The translations under genes were made by a program, and so were the position numbers. Shown here in pieces: positions 9,152-19,548 of a stretch of DNA of 64,000 bases (within the stretch, counting starts at the first letter, position 1; each line of letters opens with the position of its first letter). The notes below the pieces were generated by a model. The model was not told the DNA's origin. It did no database searches and saw nothing but the letters and a program-made list of their open reading frames with translations. Source of the stretch: Candidatus Poribacteria bacterium (GTDB lineage Bacteria > Poribacteria > WGA-4E > WGA-3G); contig PYJA01000004.1 in NCBI GenBank assembly GCA_003635185.1, positions 12,044 to 76,043 on the forward strand, written 5' to 3'.

Positions 9152-10504
9152 TTAATGCCCAAGCCCAGGGCCGGTAAGTACTTGCGTCCCGACAGTGCCA
9201 TTGATAATATCGAAAATTGCAGGAAATTCGTCTCGCCACCCATTATTTGCACTTGGGCAGAATTGACGGGCGTTTCCCTCAATAGCTGTTACACCCCGTA
9301 TACGCGCAGCGAGTCCAGCAGAGTGTAAAAACGATGCCCCTGGACATGTCAAATCTTGTACGGCAAGAAACATGCCGTATTCTTGGGCAGCGGCACCCAT
9401 CAGCAACGCCTGTGATTGTCCCTTACACGCTTTAAGCGCAACCCCCGAATATCCTTGATCGCGTGCCAATAATAAGGTTTCAAAGTCGGTAAGTGATTCG
9501 TCAATCACTACAGGTTTTATTTCTGCAGCTTTGTGCATCTTATTTTCGGGGTGTGCCTCAAGGTCACGGTCAGTCGGTTGCTCAATGTACGCAAGCCGTT
9601 CAAACGCTTGTGCTTCCCCTTCCTGAATCCGATTAAGAAATTCCAACAGATATTCTACATCCTGACATGTCTCGTTAAAGTCAGCGGAATAACGCCAAGT
9701 GCTAACACCTCGTTTTGCTTGTGTTTCTGCGGTGATTTTGTCAATTGCAAGAACACGCGCCACGTCCCATTCAAGGTCATTCCCATTCAGTTTTATTTTC
9801 AGATGTGTCAACCCATCAGCAACAATCCATTCTGGTAGTGTCTCTGGTAGTCTGTCATTGAGACGTTCAGTGATATCTGCTTCTGTAAGCGGGTCAAGCG
9901 CGCCAATTAGGTGATAAAGTGGCATGTCAGGCTGCGGATGGCGCGTTGTATACCGATCAAGGTATTTTCCGGCAAATTCACCATCCAAGAAATGCGACAG
10001 ATCAACCGCAATGAAATCAGCGTCTAATCCGTTGTAACTATTGATACCGTTTGCTTTTCCAAACGCATCGTGAATTGCAGCGTCTATCGGACTTGTCGTG
10101 ACAACAGTACAGAGTTTTGGGATCGGCACTGTAAGCTGCATCGTTTGAGACAATTCGTCTGCGATTTGTAGAAATTCGGGTTCCAGCACATCAGAAAGTT
10201 CAAGCGGGTGTGCGCAAAGCGTGCAATCACGTGTTGCATCAACCGCTAATTCAGCGAGATTTATCATGGCAGCAAGGCTTTGGTTGAAAGGCACGTAGCG
10301 CGGCGGAAATGCCCAGACGTTACCAAGCGGCATAGAACCGTTGCCTTTTGCCTCTTTGCCATCAAGCGTCTGCACTTGTATTTGAACGTTGAAAAGAATA
10401 CAGTGGTCTGTTGGCACGCCCCCGAATTTGAGCGGGGTACGGTATTGGTGTTCTTCAAAATTATACTGAACGTCAAGAATGCGGATATCTGTCGGTTTTG
10501 GCAT
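9152..10504 (-). CDS. Enolase-superfamily enzyme (mandelate racemase / muconate lactonizing enzyme-like)
   Basis: 450 aa. KxK (THLKIKLNG), metal ligands in ADFNE / YIEQP / VVIDES, and a late ALKACKGQS lysine, in the order typical of MR/MLE barrels. Confidence 0.65.
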   Translation of the reverse strand: MPKPTDIRILDVQYNFEEHQYRTPLKFGGVPTDHCILFNVQIQVQTLDGKEAKGNGSMPLGNVWAFPPRYVPFNQSLAAMINLAELAVDATRDCTLCAHPLELSDVLEPEFLQIADELSQTMQLTVPIPKLCTVVTTSPIDAAIHDAFGKANGINSYNGLDADFIAVDLSHFLDGEFAGKYLDRYTTRHPQPDMPLYHLIGALDPLTEADITERLNDRLPETLPEWIVADGLTHLKIKLNGNDLEWDVARVLAIDKITAETQAKRGVSTWRYSADFNETCQDVEYLLEFLNRIQEGEAQAFERLAYIEQPTDRDLEAHPENKMHKAAEIKPVVIDESLTDFETLLLARDQGYSGVALKACKGQSQALLMGAAAQEYGMFLAVQDLTCPGASFLHSAGLAARIRGVTAIEGNARQFCPSANNGWRDEFPAIFDIINGTVGTQVLTGPGLGH

Positions 10505-10661
10505 AGTTTCCTTGGGTGAGTGTTATAGTAGGACACGTTTATTATAGAAAGGGTGAATCTTCCGTATCTCTACAGAAATGAACCATCCTCTAAGCGTTTA
10601 AATACCTTTTGCTCAGCGGTCCGTTTTTTCCTGCATCGCTGGAATATTCACCCTCAACTAT

Positions 10662-11834
10662 TTACGTTCCTATTCCTAAATGGTCGTTAATTTCTTTCTG
10701 GTAGCCTTCCAGTTCACAGTTTTCAATTTCGGCAATTGTTACAGGGCGGCCCCAATAGCCAGATTCATAGGCTGCCATGCAGATCGCTTCAGACTTCATC
10801 CCTTCCACAGCGTCCACTTCTGGTTTGCCACCACTGCGGATAGCGTCAGCGAAGTATTTCAACTCAATTGCCACCGTATTACCGATGCCAGCAGGGAAGA
10901 AATATTCCTTTTCATCATCGCTAAGACTATCAGTGAATTCTTTCTGCAAGTCGTCATTGGAAATTGCCTCACCGCCGCGTGGGACTAAACCTCTACCCCA
11001 ATCAAGCGCGCCTTCACTACCGTAAATGACTTTCTGCCCGAAACCGTGAGCAGGAGCAGAACCGACCCATGTCCACTGTGCGGTAACGCCTTGTTCAAAC
11101 TTGATTGTCGCGATCATTGCGTCTTCCACATCAACGGAATAACCGCCTTCACGTGCACCAGCATTATCGTAACGGTAAGGTTCATAAGCTTTATTAATAG
11201 CGTAAACTTCTTCAGCTTCCAAACCGAGGATATATCGCATCAGGTCAGTAAAATGCACACCGCCATCTAATGCCCATCCGCCGCCAGCATCCATCTTGAA
11301 GTTACGCCAACCCCACTTACCTAATGCCTCGCCAACATCAATCCAAAAGAACATACGGGGTTCACCAACGCGTCCTTGTGCGATTACCCAACTACGCGTA
11401 CGTTCCATACGACTCAACCGATAGTTTTCTGCGACAGAAATAATTTTATCGTTGCGTTCCGCTGCTTCCATCATCAGTTTGCACGCACGCATCGTAATGC
11501 CAAACGGCTTTTCTATAATAACATGTTTACCTGCTTCTAATGCTGGTACAGCAAGGATGTGGTGCGCACTATGCAGCGCACAGATGTCAACGCATTCTAA
11601 ATCGGGGTGCTTAGCAAGCATCTCATCAAGTTCCGTATAAACCGCAGGTTTTGTGCCGCCTTGAAACTCATGCGCCTCATTCGCGCGATTCTCTGCCCTA
11701 CCCTTGTCTATATCACACGCAGCGACAATATCAAAATCCCGGAGCTCTTTCGACCACAACTCGCGATATCCACCCATGTGGGCACCGGACATACCACCGC
11801 ATCCGACTAAACCCATTTTAATTCGTTCTGTCAT
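10662..11834 (-). CDS. Gfo/Idh/MocA family NAD(P)-dependent oxidoreductase
   Basis: Rossmann start MGLVGCGGMSGAH and EKPF motif (IIEKPFG). Start moved to the ATG at 11834, which sits 6 nt after GAAGGAGG. Confidence 0.8.
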   Translation of the reverse strand: MTERIKMGLVGCGGMSGAHMGGYRELWSKELRDFDIVAACDIDKGRAENRANEAHEFQGGTKPAVYTELDEMLAKHPDLECVDICALHSAHHILAVPALEAGKHVIIEKPFGITMRACKLMMEAAERNDKIISVAENYRLSRMERTRSWVIAQGRVGEPRMFFWIDVGEALGKWGWRNFKMDAGGGWALDGGVHFTDLMRYILGLEAEEVYAINKAYEPYRYDNAGAREGGYSVDVEDAMIATIKFEQGVTAQWTWVGSAPAHGFGQKVIYGSEGALDWGRGLVPRGGEAISNDDLQKEFTDSLSDDEKEYFFPAGIGNTVAIELKYFADAIRSGGKPEVDAVEGMKSEAICMAAYESGYWGRPVTIAEIENCELEGYQKEINDHLGIGT

Positions 11835-12136
11835 ATCTGCCTCCTTCGGCAATGCTATTACTTTTTTGGAACATGCCTCATAAATGTCAGCAAGTACGAT
11901 ATGCTGTCCTATGAGAATTAATTTTAAAACGGAATTGTATAGGATATATGATTAGATGTCAACATTTTTGTGAATCGGCTAAAGCCATTCAGTTTTCGGT
12001 GCTTAAAATACCATCCTATATCATGTCTCATGGACAGAAGAAACACGTGGGTAACAAATCATGCCGAATGCGCTTTTGGCATTCAGCATGATTAACGAAC
12101 CTACCGTTTGGTTTCTACTGTCTTATGAAAACAGTG

Positions 12137-15040
12137 TTAGAAAGTTTGTGTCAAGCGCGCCATCGCTAAACGTCCAATTTCTGGTGTTCCGACAAATTGC
12201 TGATGTTTACGATCCAGCAGATTTTGGACTGTTAAAGATAGACGTGGTTTGGGCCCGAGTGGAATAGCATAACCAGCGTTTAGATCAAGCGTCCAATACG
12301 ATTCAACTTCACCGACATAAACCCCTGATCGAACGGGGAAGCCTTCCACAAAACGCGCTCGAAGTCCCACGCCCAATCCGAGATCAATGTCAGTGTATTG
12401 AACGGTCGCACCGAACTTATTTTTAGGAGCGTTGAGCGCAATGTCACCGATTCCATCAACATTTTCGAAAAGGTCTTTACTGACAAACGAATAATTTGCC
12501 CCTAAACTCCAACTCGGATTGAGGAAAAAGGTAAAATTCACATCTAATCCGTTCAGTGAAATGTCACCGTAGTTGCGATAGGTTAGCATCACTGCGTTTG
12601 GGTCTGCCGCTTGTTCGGGTGTCACCGAGCCAAACGGAATGTAGGCGGCACCGTTATTCTCCGTTCCGGCAACAAATAACATTACCAATTCCTCAACAGG
12701 CGAACCGTCGCCGTTTCCACCCTGGGTAGGTGCGTCGAACGCGAGGAGTGCCTGGGCAAGTTGTGCGTTTTGCGGATCGGTCAACGCTGCATCAATTTGC
12801 TGACTAAGAGATGCACTCAACGTTGCTGCATCCAGGAAAACATTCGGAGTTTCTACAAACAACGGAGCGATGAAGTTGTTAATTCTGGAGTGATACACAT
12901 CAGCAGAAAAAGCCAATCTATTTAGGAGAATACCTTTGTATCCGACCTCATAGGTCTGCGTGATAGTTGGTTTAAGCGAGGCAACATCATTTACATCTTC
13001 AACATCAACAAAACTTGATGTCTCTGGATCAAGTGAGCGTAAAACATTTTTTACGTCTGTTACTTGCTGCGGGATAATACTGTCAAACCCTGCAGAAAGA
13101 GCCGCTACCATCTCATCCGGAAGTCCTTGTGCGGCTAAACCTGCTTCAAATACGGGCTTAGCTCCACTCATTACAGCACTTCTCGCTACGTTCCACATAA
13201 CATTGGTAAAAAGCGGATCGTTGAGAGGGATGTACGCGCCATCTTCAAGGTTTCCTAATGGTGAAAATGGTGAGCGGAATAGTGGAAGTCCGTTTTCACT
13301 TCTCTTGAAAGTAAACCCGCTTTCCGAAGGAACGCCTTGTGCCCGTACGTCAATATTTGGGCTGAAGCCCAGTGCGGGTTTAAAATTCGCTCCTAACTTA
13401 AATGCATCTGGCGATGAAAGAATATCAAGAAACAGATTTGAAGTTCCTGGCGTATTGAAAGCGCGGTTATAGGTAACCCTCAGATTATGGTCGTCGGTGG
13501 GTTGAAACGCAAGCGCGACCCTGGGAGACAGGACAATATCGTTCAGATGGTTGTGTTTATCCGCTCTACCTGCAGCAAGTAACTTCAGCTGCGGCAGGAT
13601 ATTGGTTTCTGATTGCAAGTAGGCACCTATTTCGTCAATGCTGTCATTTTCTTCATTGATCCCATTAATTGTACCTTCGGTATCAGGGCGAGTAAGCAAG
13701 ACATCCAATCCGTAAGTAAAACGTTGCACATCTCCAATGCCATAACTGTGTTGAATCTGACCTACGTATAGGTTGGAATTGTCTATGGTATGCTGCCCCG
13801 ACCGTAGCACATAAGTTTCCCCAGCATCACTCCGATTCCAAAATGCTTGGGCAAAGAGGTCTTTGTAAATGAAACGTGCTTGGGCGTAACCGTAAGTCCA
13901 GTTTTTGGCTTGTCCGGCACCGATGCCTGTCAATTCAATGCCAGAGGCTTGTGTTAAACCGCTGGCAAGAATCACGGTAGCATCATCACTGGGACTGTAA
14001 TCAACCCTAAATTCTCCGCGAGCATGTGAGGTATCAAATAAAGGTTCCAGTTCACCTTCAAGGTCCTCTTTCGCCCGCCCTTCTTGCCAATCATCACCTC
14101 GTGTATAATTCGCTGTCAATTTATAGCCAATGGTATCATTGATAACACCTGCATGTCGAAGCGAACCAGTGAGTATACTTCGTTCACCGCCACCAACGCT
14201 AACCGTTGTGCCTTGCGAAGTGAACGGGGAACGCGTGAGAATGTGCATCACACCGTTGGCACTATTTGGGCCGTAGAGCGCTGCACCAGGCCCTGATACA
14301 ACTTCAATCTGTTCAATATCTTCGCTTATAGTAGGAATAAGTGTATAAGCGTTGACACGTAGTGACGGAACACTTGCAATCCGATTGTCTACGAGGGACA
14401 AAAGATTGCCTGAAAATACGTTATTAAAACCGCGCACGACAACATACGAAGTGCCAATTCCAGAAGTCACAACATCCACAGCACGTAACGATTTTAAGTG
14501 CTCCGTAACACTCAGCGAGACTCGGTCTTTGATCTCAGAATCATCAAGCAAAGCAACTGATGCTGGAGCTTCAAGGACTTTTTCTTTCCGGCGTGATGCC
14601 GTAACAGAAACCCTTTCAAGTTCTATCACTTCTGAAGTGAGAGCAATTTCTACCGATTTTGTTTGATCGGCAGCAAGCTCAACATTTGTCATAATCTTTT
14701 CTGCGTATCCAGGTGCAGATACGGTTATTGTGTAGACATCCGCAGCTAAGTTATCTAAAGTAATTGTGCCATCTACATCGCTTACACCTGCAGCGTCATC
14801 ATCTGATTTCGGTTGACTGTGGCGCATAATGTGCCCCAACCCATCGTTGCTGCGTTCAATGTAATGTGTAACATCCTCTGATTTAGGTTTAACGGTAATG
14901 GTTAGATTATTTAGTTTATTGCCTGTTTGGGAATCTGTTACTGTAATGTTCAAACTCGCAGCATGCACAGACACTGTAGTGATTCCTAAAACAACAAGTA
15001 AGGTGAAAACTGCTAAACTTACGAATCTCAATCGTTTCAT
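12137..15040 (-). CDS. TonB-dependent outer-membrane receptor with N-terminal carboxypeptidase-regulatory-like domain
   Basis: Signal peptide MKRLRFVSLAVFTLLVVLG..VHA after AAGGAG. Plug motifs (VVRGFNNVF, NRIASVPSLR). Long beta-barrel ending in a terminal F (RLTQTF). Confidence 0.8.
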   Translation of the reverse strand: MKRLRFVSLAVFTLLVVLGITTVSVHAASLNITVTDSQTGNKLNNLTITVKPKSEDVTHYIERSNDGLGHIMRHSQPKSDDDAAGVSDVDGTITLDNLAADVYTITVSAPGYAEKIMTNVELAADQTKSVEIALTSEVIELERVSVTASRRKEKVLEAPASVALLDDSEIKDRVSLSVTEHLKSLRAVDVVTSGIGTSYVVVRGFNNVFSGNLLSLVDNRIASVPSLRVNAYTLIPTISEDIEQIEVVSGPGAALYGPNSANGVMHILTRSPFTSQGTTVSVGGGERSILTGSLRHAGVINDTIGYKLTANYTRGDDWQEGRAKEDLEGELEPLFDTSHARGEFRVDYSPSDDATVILASGLTQASGIELTGIGAGQAKNWTYGYAQARFIYKDLFAQAFWNRSDAGETYVLRSGQHTIDNSNLYVGQIQHSYGIGDVQRFTYGLDVLLTRPDTEGTINGINEENDSIDEIGAYLQSETNILPQLKLLAAGRADKHNHLNDIVLSPRVALAFQPTDDHNLRVTYNRAFNTPGTSNLFLDILSSPDAFKLGANFKPALGFSPNIDVRAQGVPSESGFTFKRSENGLPLFRSPFSPLGNLEDGAYIPLNDPLFTNVMWNVARSAVMSGAKPVFEAGLAAQGLPDEMVAALSAGFDSIIPQQVTDVKNVLRSLDPETSSFVDVEDVNDVASLKPTITQTYEVGYKGILLNRLAFSADVYHSRINNFIAPLFVETPNVFLDAATLSASLSQQIDAALTDPQNAQLAQALLAFDAPTQGGNGDGSPVEELVMLFVAGTENNGAAYIPFGSVTPEQAADPNAVMLTYRNYGDISLNGLDVNFTFFLNPSWSLGANYSFVSKDLFENVDGIGDIALNAPKNKFGATVQYTDIDLGLGVGLRARFVEGFPVRSGVYVGEVESYWTLDLNAGYAIPLGPKPRLSLTVQNLLDRKHQQFVGTPEIGRLAMARLTQTF

Positions 15041-15349
15041 TATATTAACTCCTTTGTTGAGAAACATTGAGGGTTGCTGGCTAATAAATAGCAAATTAAA
15101 ACCAATATTAAGCCAAAATAATTTACAAATTATTTGTATCAAAAAGCACTTTGCTAAAAACAAAGCATTCCGCAATTTATGCCAGTGCTTAAGTATTACA
15201 AACCTAACATGAAAAAGCAACCTTTTTCTATAAAAAATGTTGCTTGCCTGTCTGTGGCAATACTCTTTACAAATTATCTTAACTTAAGTTGCTATCTATA
15301 GACCTGCGAACACCGTTTTTTAGAGAAAATGATCCATTTTTCGCAAGAT

Positions 15350-15446
15350 TCCGTAGCGCAAACTGTTAGTTTGTGCTACGTAGCTGCGCAAACTGACAGA
15401 TTGCGCTACAGCAGTGTCCAAATAATTATAGACTTTACTATAATGA
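15350..15446 (+). repeat. Dispersed repeat family A, copy 3
   Basis: gcgcaaactgttagtttgtgctacgtagctgcgcaaactgacagattgcgctacagcagtgtcc...gactttactataatg. Confidence 0.55.
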
Positions 15447-15536
15447 AATCAAGGACGCGTTTACGCAAATCTGTTGAATATACCATAATCCTAAAGTCTA
15501 ATATAATCACAAAATGTAACTTATTTTCGGAATCTA

Positions 15537-17498
15537 CTATAGTCCGTTATTTTTTATTTTATTCCTATCACCTATAGGGTTAGTTAGGGGTATTAGGTCC
15601 CATACAAGTATCGTTCCGTCTGCACTCCCACTTATAAGAATCTGCCCATCCGGTGTAAACGCGATACTGCTCACATCATCCGTATGTCCTGTTAATGAGT
15701 GCTTGTGTTTTCCGGTGGCAACATCCCAGAGACGAATCCTACGGTCAAAACTCCCACTTGCGAGTGCTTCCCCATCTGGACTAAATGCGACATTGCTAAT
15801 TTCTCCTGTATGTCCTATGAGTGTCCGTTTGTGCGCTCCAGTGGCAACATCCCAAAGACGTATAGTTTTGCCCTTACTCCCACTTGCGAGTGTTTTCCCA
15901 TCCGGACTAAATGCGACACTATTAACCCAAGATGTATGCCCCATAAGTGTGTAGCTGTGTTTTTCAGTGGCAACATCCCAAAGACGTATAGTTTTGTCCT
16001 TACTCCCACTTGCGAGTGTTTTCCCATCCGGACTAAATGCGACACTGCTAATGCCAGATGTGTGTCCTATAAGTGTGTTTTTGTGCACACCTGTGACTGC
16101 TTCCCAAAGATAGATAGTGTTATCAGAACTCCCACTTGCGAGTGTTTTCCCGTCAGGACTAAATGCGATACTGTCAACCCAATCTGTATGACCGGTAAGT
16201 GCGTGTTTATGTTCCCCCGTGACAACATCCCACAAATGAATTTTTTTGTCAAAACTACTACTGACAAGCGTTTTCCCATCCGGACTGAACACGACAGATA
16301 CAAATGATGACATCACCGATGTCTGTTCCTCTATGAGCATCGTTCTGTGTGCGCCTGTGAACGCATCCCAGAGGAGAATTGTATCAGTAAAGAGGCCTCT
16401 GCTTGCGATTGTGCGCCCATTCGGATTGAGGGCAAGAGATATAACCCAACGCGTATGTCCGGTGAGTGTGTGTTTGCGTTTACTCGTTGCAACATCCCAC
16501 ATGATGATAGTATTGTCCCTACTCGTACTAACAAGTGTTTTGCTATCCGAACTGAACGCTACGCTTCTAACCCAATCTGTATGCCCGGTAAGTGTTTCCT
16601 TACGCGCGCCTGTGAACGCATCCCAGAAAATGATGGAATTGTTGAAATCACCACTTACGAGTGTTTTGCCATCCGGACTGAACGCTACGCTATTAATTCG
16701 ATTTCCAGGCTCTACGTGAATATCTTTACGTGTCCCTGTGACTACATCCCAAAAGATGACAGTATTATCCATACTCCCGCTTACGAGTGTTTTGCCATCC
16801 GGACTGAATGTTACACTTGTAACCGGGTGCGTATGTCCAGTAAGTATGTGTTTGCTTTCACCTGTAACAGCATCCCACAAGATAACGGTTTTGTCGTAAC
16901 TTGCACTTGCGAGTGTTTTGCCATCCGGACTGAACGCAACACTTGTGACAGGACCCGTATGATCAGTAAATTCGTGTTTCCTTCTTCCTGTTACAACATC
17001 CCAAAGACAGACAGTAACATTTGTCACTAAATTTTTATAACGCTTACCTTCACTCCCACTTGCGAGTGTTTTGCCATCCGGACTGAACGCAACACTCAAA
17101 ATTGAGGACATATGTCCTGTGAGTGTTTGCTTATGCTCACCTGTCACTATATTCCACACACAAATAGTCTTATCACTACTTCCGCTTACCAATGTGCGTC
17201 CATCCGGACTGAACGCAATACTGTTTACTTCCCTCTGATGCATAGTGAGTAAGTCTACCTCTTGATGAGTCGTCGTATCGTAAAGCCAAATACCAATTGC
17301 ACTTGAGACTGCCAATCGAGAACCATCTGGGGAATATGCGATGTTCCCAGTTATTTCACCTTTACCGAGGCGGATTTTGGCATTTGTAGGTAACCTCCAT
17401 TGCATGTAATCTTGGGCAGGACTGTTGGAGTGAAATAAGGTCAAAAAGAAAAATAGCGTCAAAAAGAGAGAAAAAACGTTCTTTTCATACAAAACCAT
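15537..17498 (-). CDS. Secreted WD40-repeat protein (about 14 blades)
   Basis: N-terminal hydrophobic signal, then about 14 units of FSPDGKTLASGS.D.TI.LWD...H..L.GHT..V.S. The units are also very similar at the DNA level. Confidence 0.85.
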   Translation of the reverse strand: MVLYEKNVFSLFLTLFFFLTLFHSNSPAQDYMQWRLPTNAKIRLGKGEITGNIAYSPDGSRLAVSSAIGIWLYDTTTHQEVDLLTMHQREVNSIAFSPDGRTLVSGSSDKTICVWNIVTGEHKQTLTGHMSSILSVAFSPDGKTLASGSEGKRYKNLVTNVTVCLWDVVTGRRKHEFTDHTGPVTSVAFSPDGKTLASASYDKTVILWDAVTGESKHILTGHTHPVTSVTFSPDGKTLVSGSMDNTVIFWDVVTGTRKDIHVEPGNRINSVAFSPDGKTLVSGDFNNSIIFWDAFTGARKETLTGHTDWVRSVAFSSDSKTLVSTSRDNTIIMWDVATSKRKHTLTGHTRWVISLALNPNGRTIASRGLFTDTILLWDAFTGAHRTMLIEEQTSVMSSFVSVVFSPDGKTLVSSSFDKKIHLWDVVTGEHKHALTGHTDWVDSIAFSPDGKTLASGSSDNTIYLWEAVTGVHKNTLIGHTSGISSVAFSPDGKTLASGSKDKTIRLWDVATEKHSYTLMGHTSWVNSVAFSPDGKTLASGSKGKTIRLWDVATGAHKRTLIGHTGEISNVAFSPDGEALASGSFDRRIRLWDVATGKHKHSLTGHTDDVSSIAFTPDGQILISGSADGTILVWDLIPLTNPIGDRNKIKNNGL

Positions 17499-17536
17499 CC
17501 TCCTTTAAGAAGTTGATGCCTCACGAAAAAAGCAGC

Positions 17537-18466
17537 CTACCCGACTAAATATTTAAAGACAGCAGAGAGGTTGTCATCGGGTGAGTAGAGTTGAGATACA
17601 TTCAATTCGTTTTCAATGAGGATTTGCGGGAGGCGATCGTAAAAAGCGTCCGGTTTTGCCGTTTCAATAATAACATCACCTGCATGATCACCGAAAGTAA
17701 CGCTGAGAATATCCTCAAAAGGTAAGCAGACTTGTGCTAAACGGCGCGGTTCGTCAGCATTCAGGAAGACCTTATGTGGGTGTTCATCGATCAATTCGCG
17801 GATGTCGGAAATTGTGCCTTCTGCCAGAATTCGTCCTTGATGGATGAGCAGGATCGTCTCTGTTACCGCTTCTATTTCATAAAGGATATGGCTTGAGACA
17901 ACCATGCTGATTCCTTGTTGTGCAAGTTCTAATAGCAGATTCATGACATGTCGCCTACCGATCGGGTCGAGTCCGGTAAGTGGTTCATCAAGAAAAAGGA
18001 GTTCTGGTTCATGCACGAGTGCTTGTGCAAGTTTTATACGCTGCCGCATCCCTTTGCTGTAGGAGGCAATCGGTTTATCTTTTGCCGAAAGCATATCCAC
18101 AGTTTCAAGCACCTTAAGGCACCGAGATTCTGCTTCTGTTGTTTCAAATCCACTTAACGTTGCAAAAAAAGTGATGAACTCGAAACCGGTCATAAATTGA
18201 TAGGCTAATTCAATATCTGGGCAATAACCGACACGCTGTGTTAGGAGATAGTTGTTCCAGACAGGTTGATTTAGAACAGTAATGTCTCCCTTGTTCGGTT
18301 TGAGTTGACCAGTCATTAATTTGAGCAGACTCGTTTTACCAGCACCGTTTGGACCAAGTAAACCGGTTATTCCGGGATGAATCGTCAGCGTGACATCATT
18401 CACACCCATCACCTCACCGTACCATTTAGATAGGTTTTCTGTTTGAACAATCGCGGCATCATTCAT
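17537..18466 (-). CDS. ABC transporter ATP-binding protein (ABC-2 / DrrA-like)
   Basis: Walker A GPNGAGKTS, signature YSKGMRQR, Walker B LLFLDEP, H-loop SSH. Confidence 0.85.
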   Translation of the reverse strand: MNDAAIVQTENLSKWYGEVMGVNDVTLTIHPGITGLLGPNGAGKTSLLKLMTGQLKPNKGDITVLNQPVWNNYLLTQRVGYCPDIELAYQFMTGFEFITFFATLSGFETTEAESRCLKVLETVDMLSAKDKPIASYSKGMRQRIKLAQALVHEPELLFLDEPLTGLDPIGRRHVMNLLLELAQQGISMVVSSHILYEIEAVTETILLIHQGRILAEGTISDIRELIDEHPHKVFLNADEPRRLAQVCLPFEDILSVTFGDHAGDVIIETAKPDAFYDRLPQILIENELNVSQLYSPDDNLSAVFKYLVG

Positions 18467-18501
18467 AGTATGAGTTCCTATAATATAAGGGGTTACCGAA
18501 C

Positions 18502-19548
18502 CTATTCCTCACCATGCCACATCTGCGCGCGTGCCATAAAGACGTTGCGATCCTGCGACCATTCTGCGTAGCCGATGTTTCCAGAATCGGTAAGATAGTC
18601 AATCCACCAATTAAGATAGGCGAACAACTCCGCATCAGTGAGTGCTACCGTGAACCCACCATATTCGACTTGCTCATCCAAGGCAGACACAACAAATCCT
18701 CCATCGGATGCTGCGGTAGCATCCCGATTGCCAATCTCACCTCTTGCGATTGCGTCAATTCTACCATCGGCAAGTGCTTCAAGCAATTCCGATTCACCGA
18801 CTTCCGAACCGAGATAGATCACCTGCGGCATTTTCTCTGCAGGCGGATAGAGATGTGTTCTGCCTACCAGATTCGGAGAGACATCGGCAGCGGTAATTCT
18901 GTAAGCTGCTGTTCCATCGGCGACAAATATGCCATGCAGGGTCTCAATGCGCGTTCCCAAAGCGAGAATACCGTTAGCATCAATAAACTTTGTGATTTCG
19001 AGCAAGCGTGCTTCGCCGGTAGTGCCAGCAAGCACCCCGACACGTACATCATGCGTCAAGTCAGTGTAGTGTGAGAGGCGTCGTGCGTCTTCGGGACGAA
19101 CCAGAAGTGATTGGCGAAACTTGATATGTCCTGCAGTGAAAGCAACAAGCGGGGTGCCAGTTGCGTCCTGCCGCCGAGAATCAAGGATCGTGATGCCGCC
19201 TCCGATAATATCATATTCCGGTTCAGCCGCCTTGAGCCAGATACCTGGCCATTCGCCGATTGCCTTCCGAGAAAAAGACAAGCAGGTGTCTGCTATAGAT
19301 TCAAGTGCCGTCAAAATGTCTGCTTCATAGCCGAGATGTGTGTTAAATCCATTGGAAGTCGGATCTGGGTCAGCGCTGTAGCTGACAGGTGCGAAATAGG
19401 CATAGAAGCCGACATTAAGAACGCGTGGTTCCTTATTCCATACTGGTGGATAAGAAGAGTCAGGTGCGTCTATAATTTCATTGACAAGTTTCTCACACCC
19501 CGTTGAAAAAACAAAAAGCACTATCACAATTATAAACAAGACTCTCAT
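18502..19548 (-). CDS. Lipoprotein, type-2 periplasmic solute-binding-protein-like (SBP_bac_3-like)
   Basis: Lipobox VFSTGC. Pattern GYEADIL...YDIIGGGITIL..R...F...VGVLAGTTG...GRIDAIARG resembles amino-acid/polar solute binding proteins. Confidence 0.5.
   Translation of the reverse strand: MRVLFIIVIVLFVFSTGCEKLVNEIIDAPDSSYPPVWNKEPRVLNVGFYAYFAPVSYSADPDPTSNGFNTHLGYEADILTALESIADTCLSFSRKAIGEWPGIWLKAAEPEYDIIGGGITILDSRRQDATGTPLVAFTAGHIKFRQSLLVRPEDARRLSHYTDLTHDVRVGVLAGTTGEARLLEITKFIDANGILALGTRIETLHGIFVADGTAAYRITAADVSPNLVGRTHLYPPAEKMPQVIYLGSEVGESELLEALADGRIDAIARGEIGNRDATAASDGGFVVSALDEQVEYGGFTVALTDAELFAYLNWWIDYLTDSGNIGYAEWSQDRNVFMARAQMWHGEE

Noticed and set aside
9100-9282. 60-aa ORF ending in ...PLIRGI
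   Set aside because: It is a translation of the family C repeat and overlaps the 3' end of the enolase-superfamily gene.
15041-15330. Possible riboswitch (for example cobalamin) in the long leader of the TonB-dependent receptor
   Set aside because: I could not find a B12-box or other recognisable riboswitch core by eye. Part of the region is explained by repeat family A.
15699-17030. Several 150-230-aa plus-strand ORFs antisense to the WD40 gene (15699-16307, 16246-16719, 16347-17030)
   Set aside because: Their periodic, Cys/Pro-rich translations are simply the antisense reading of the WD40 repeat units. The minus-strand WD40 frame is unambiguous.
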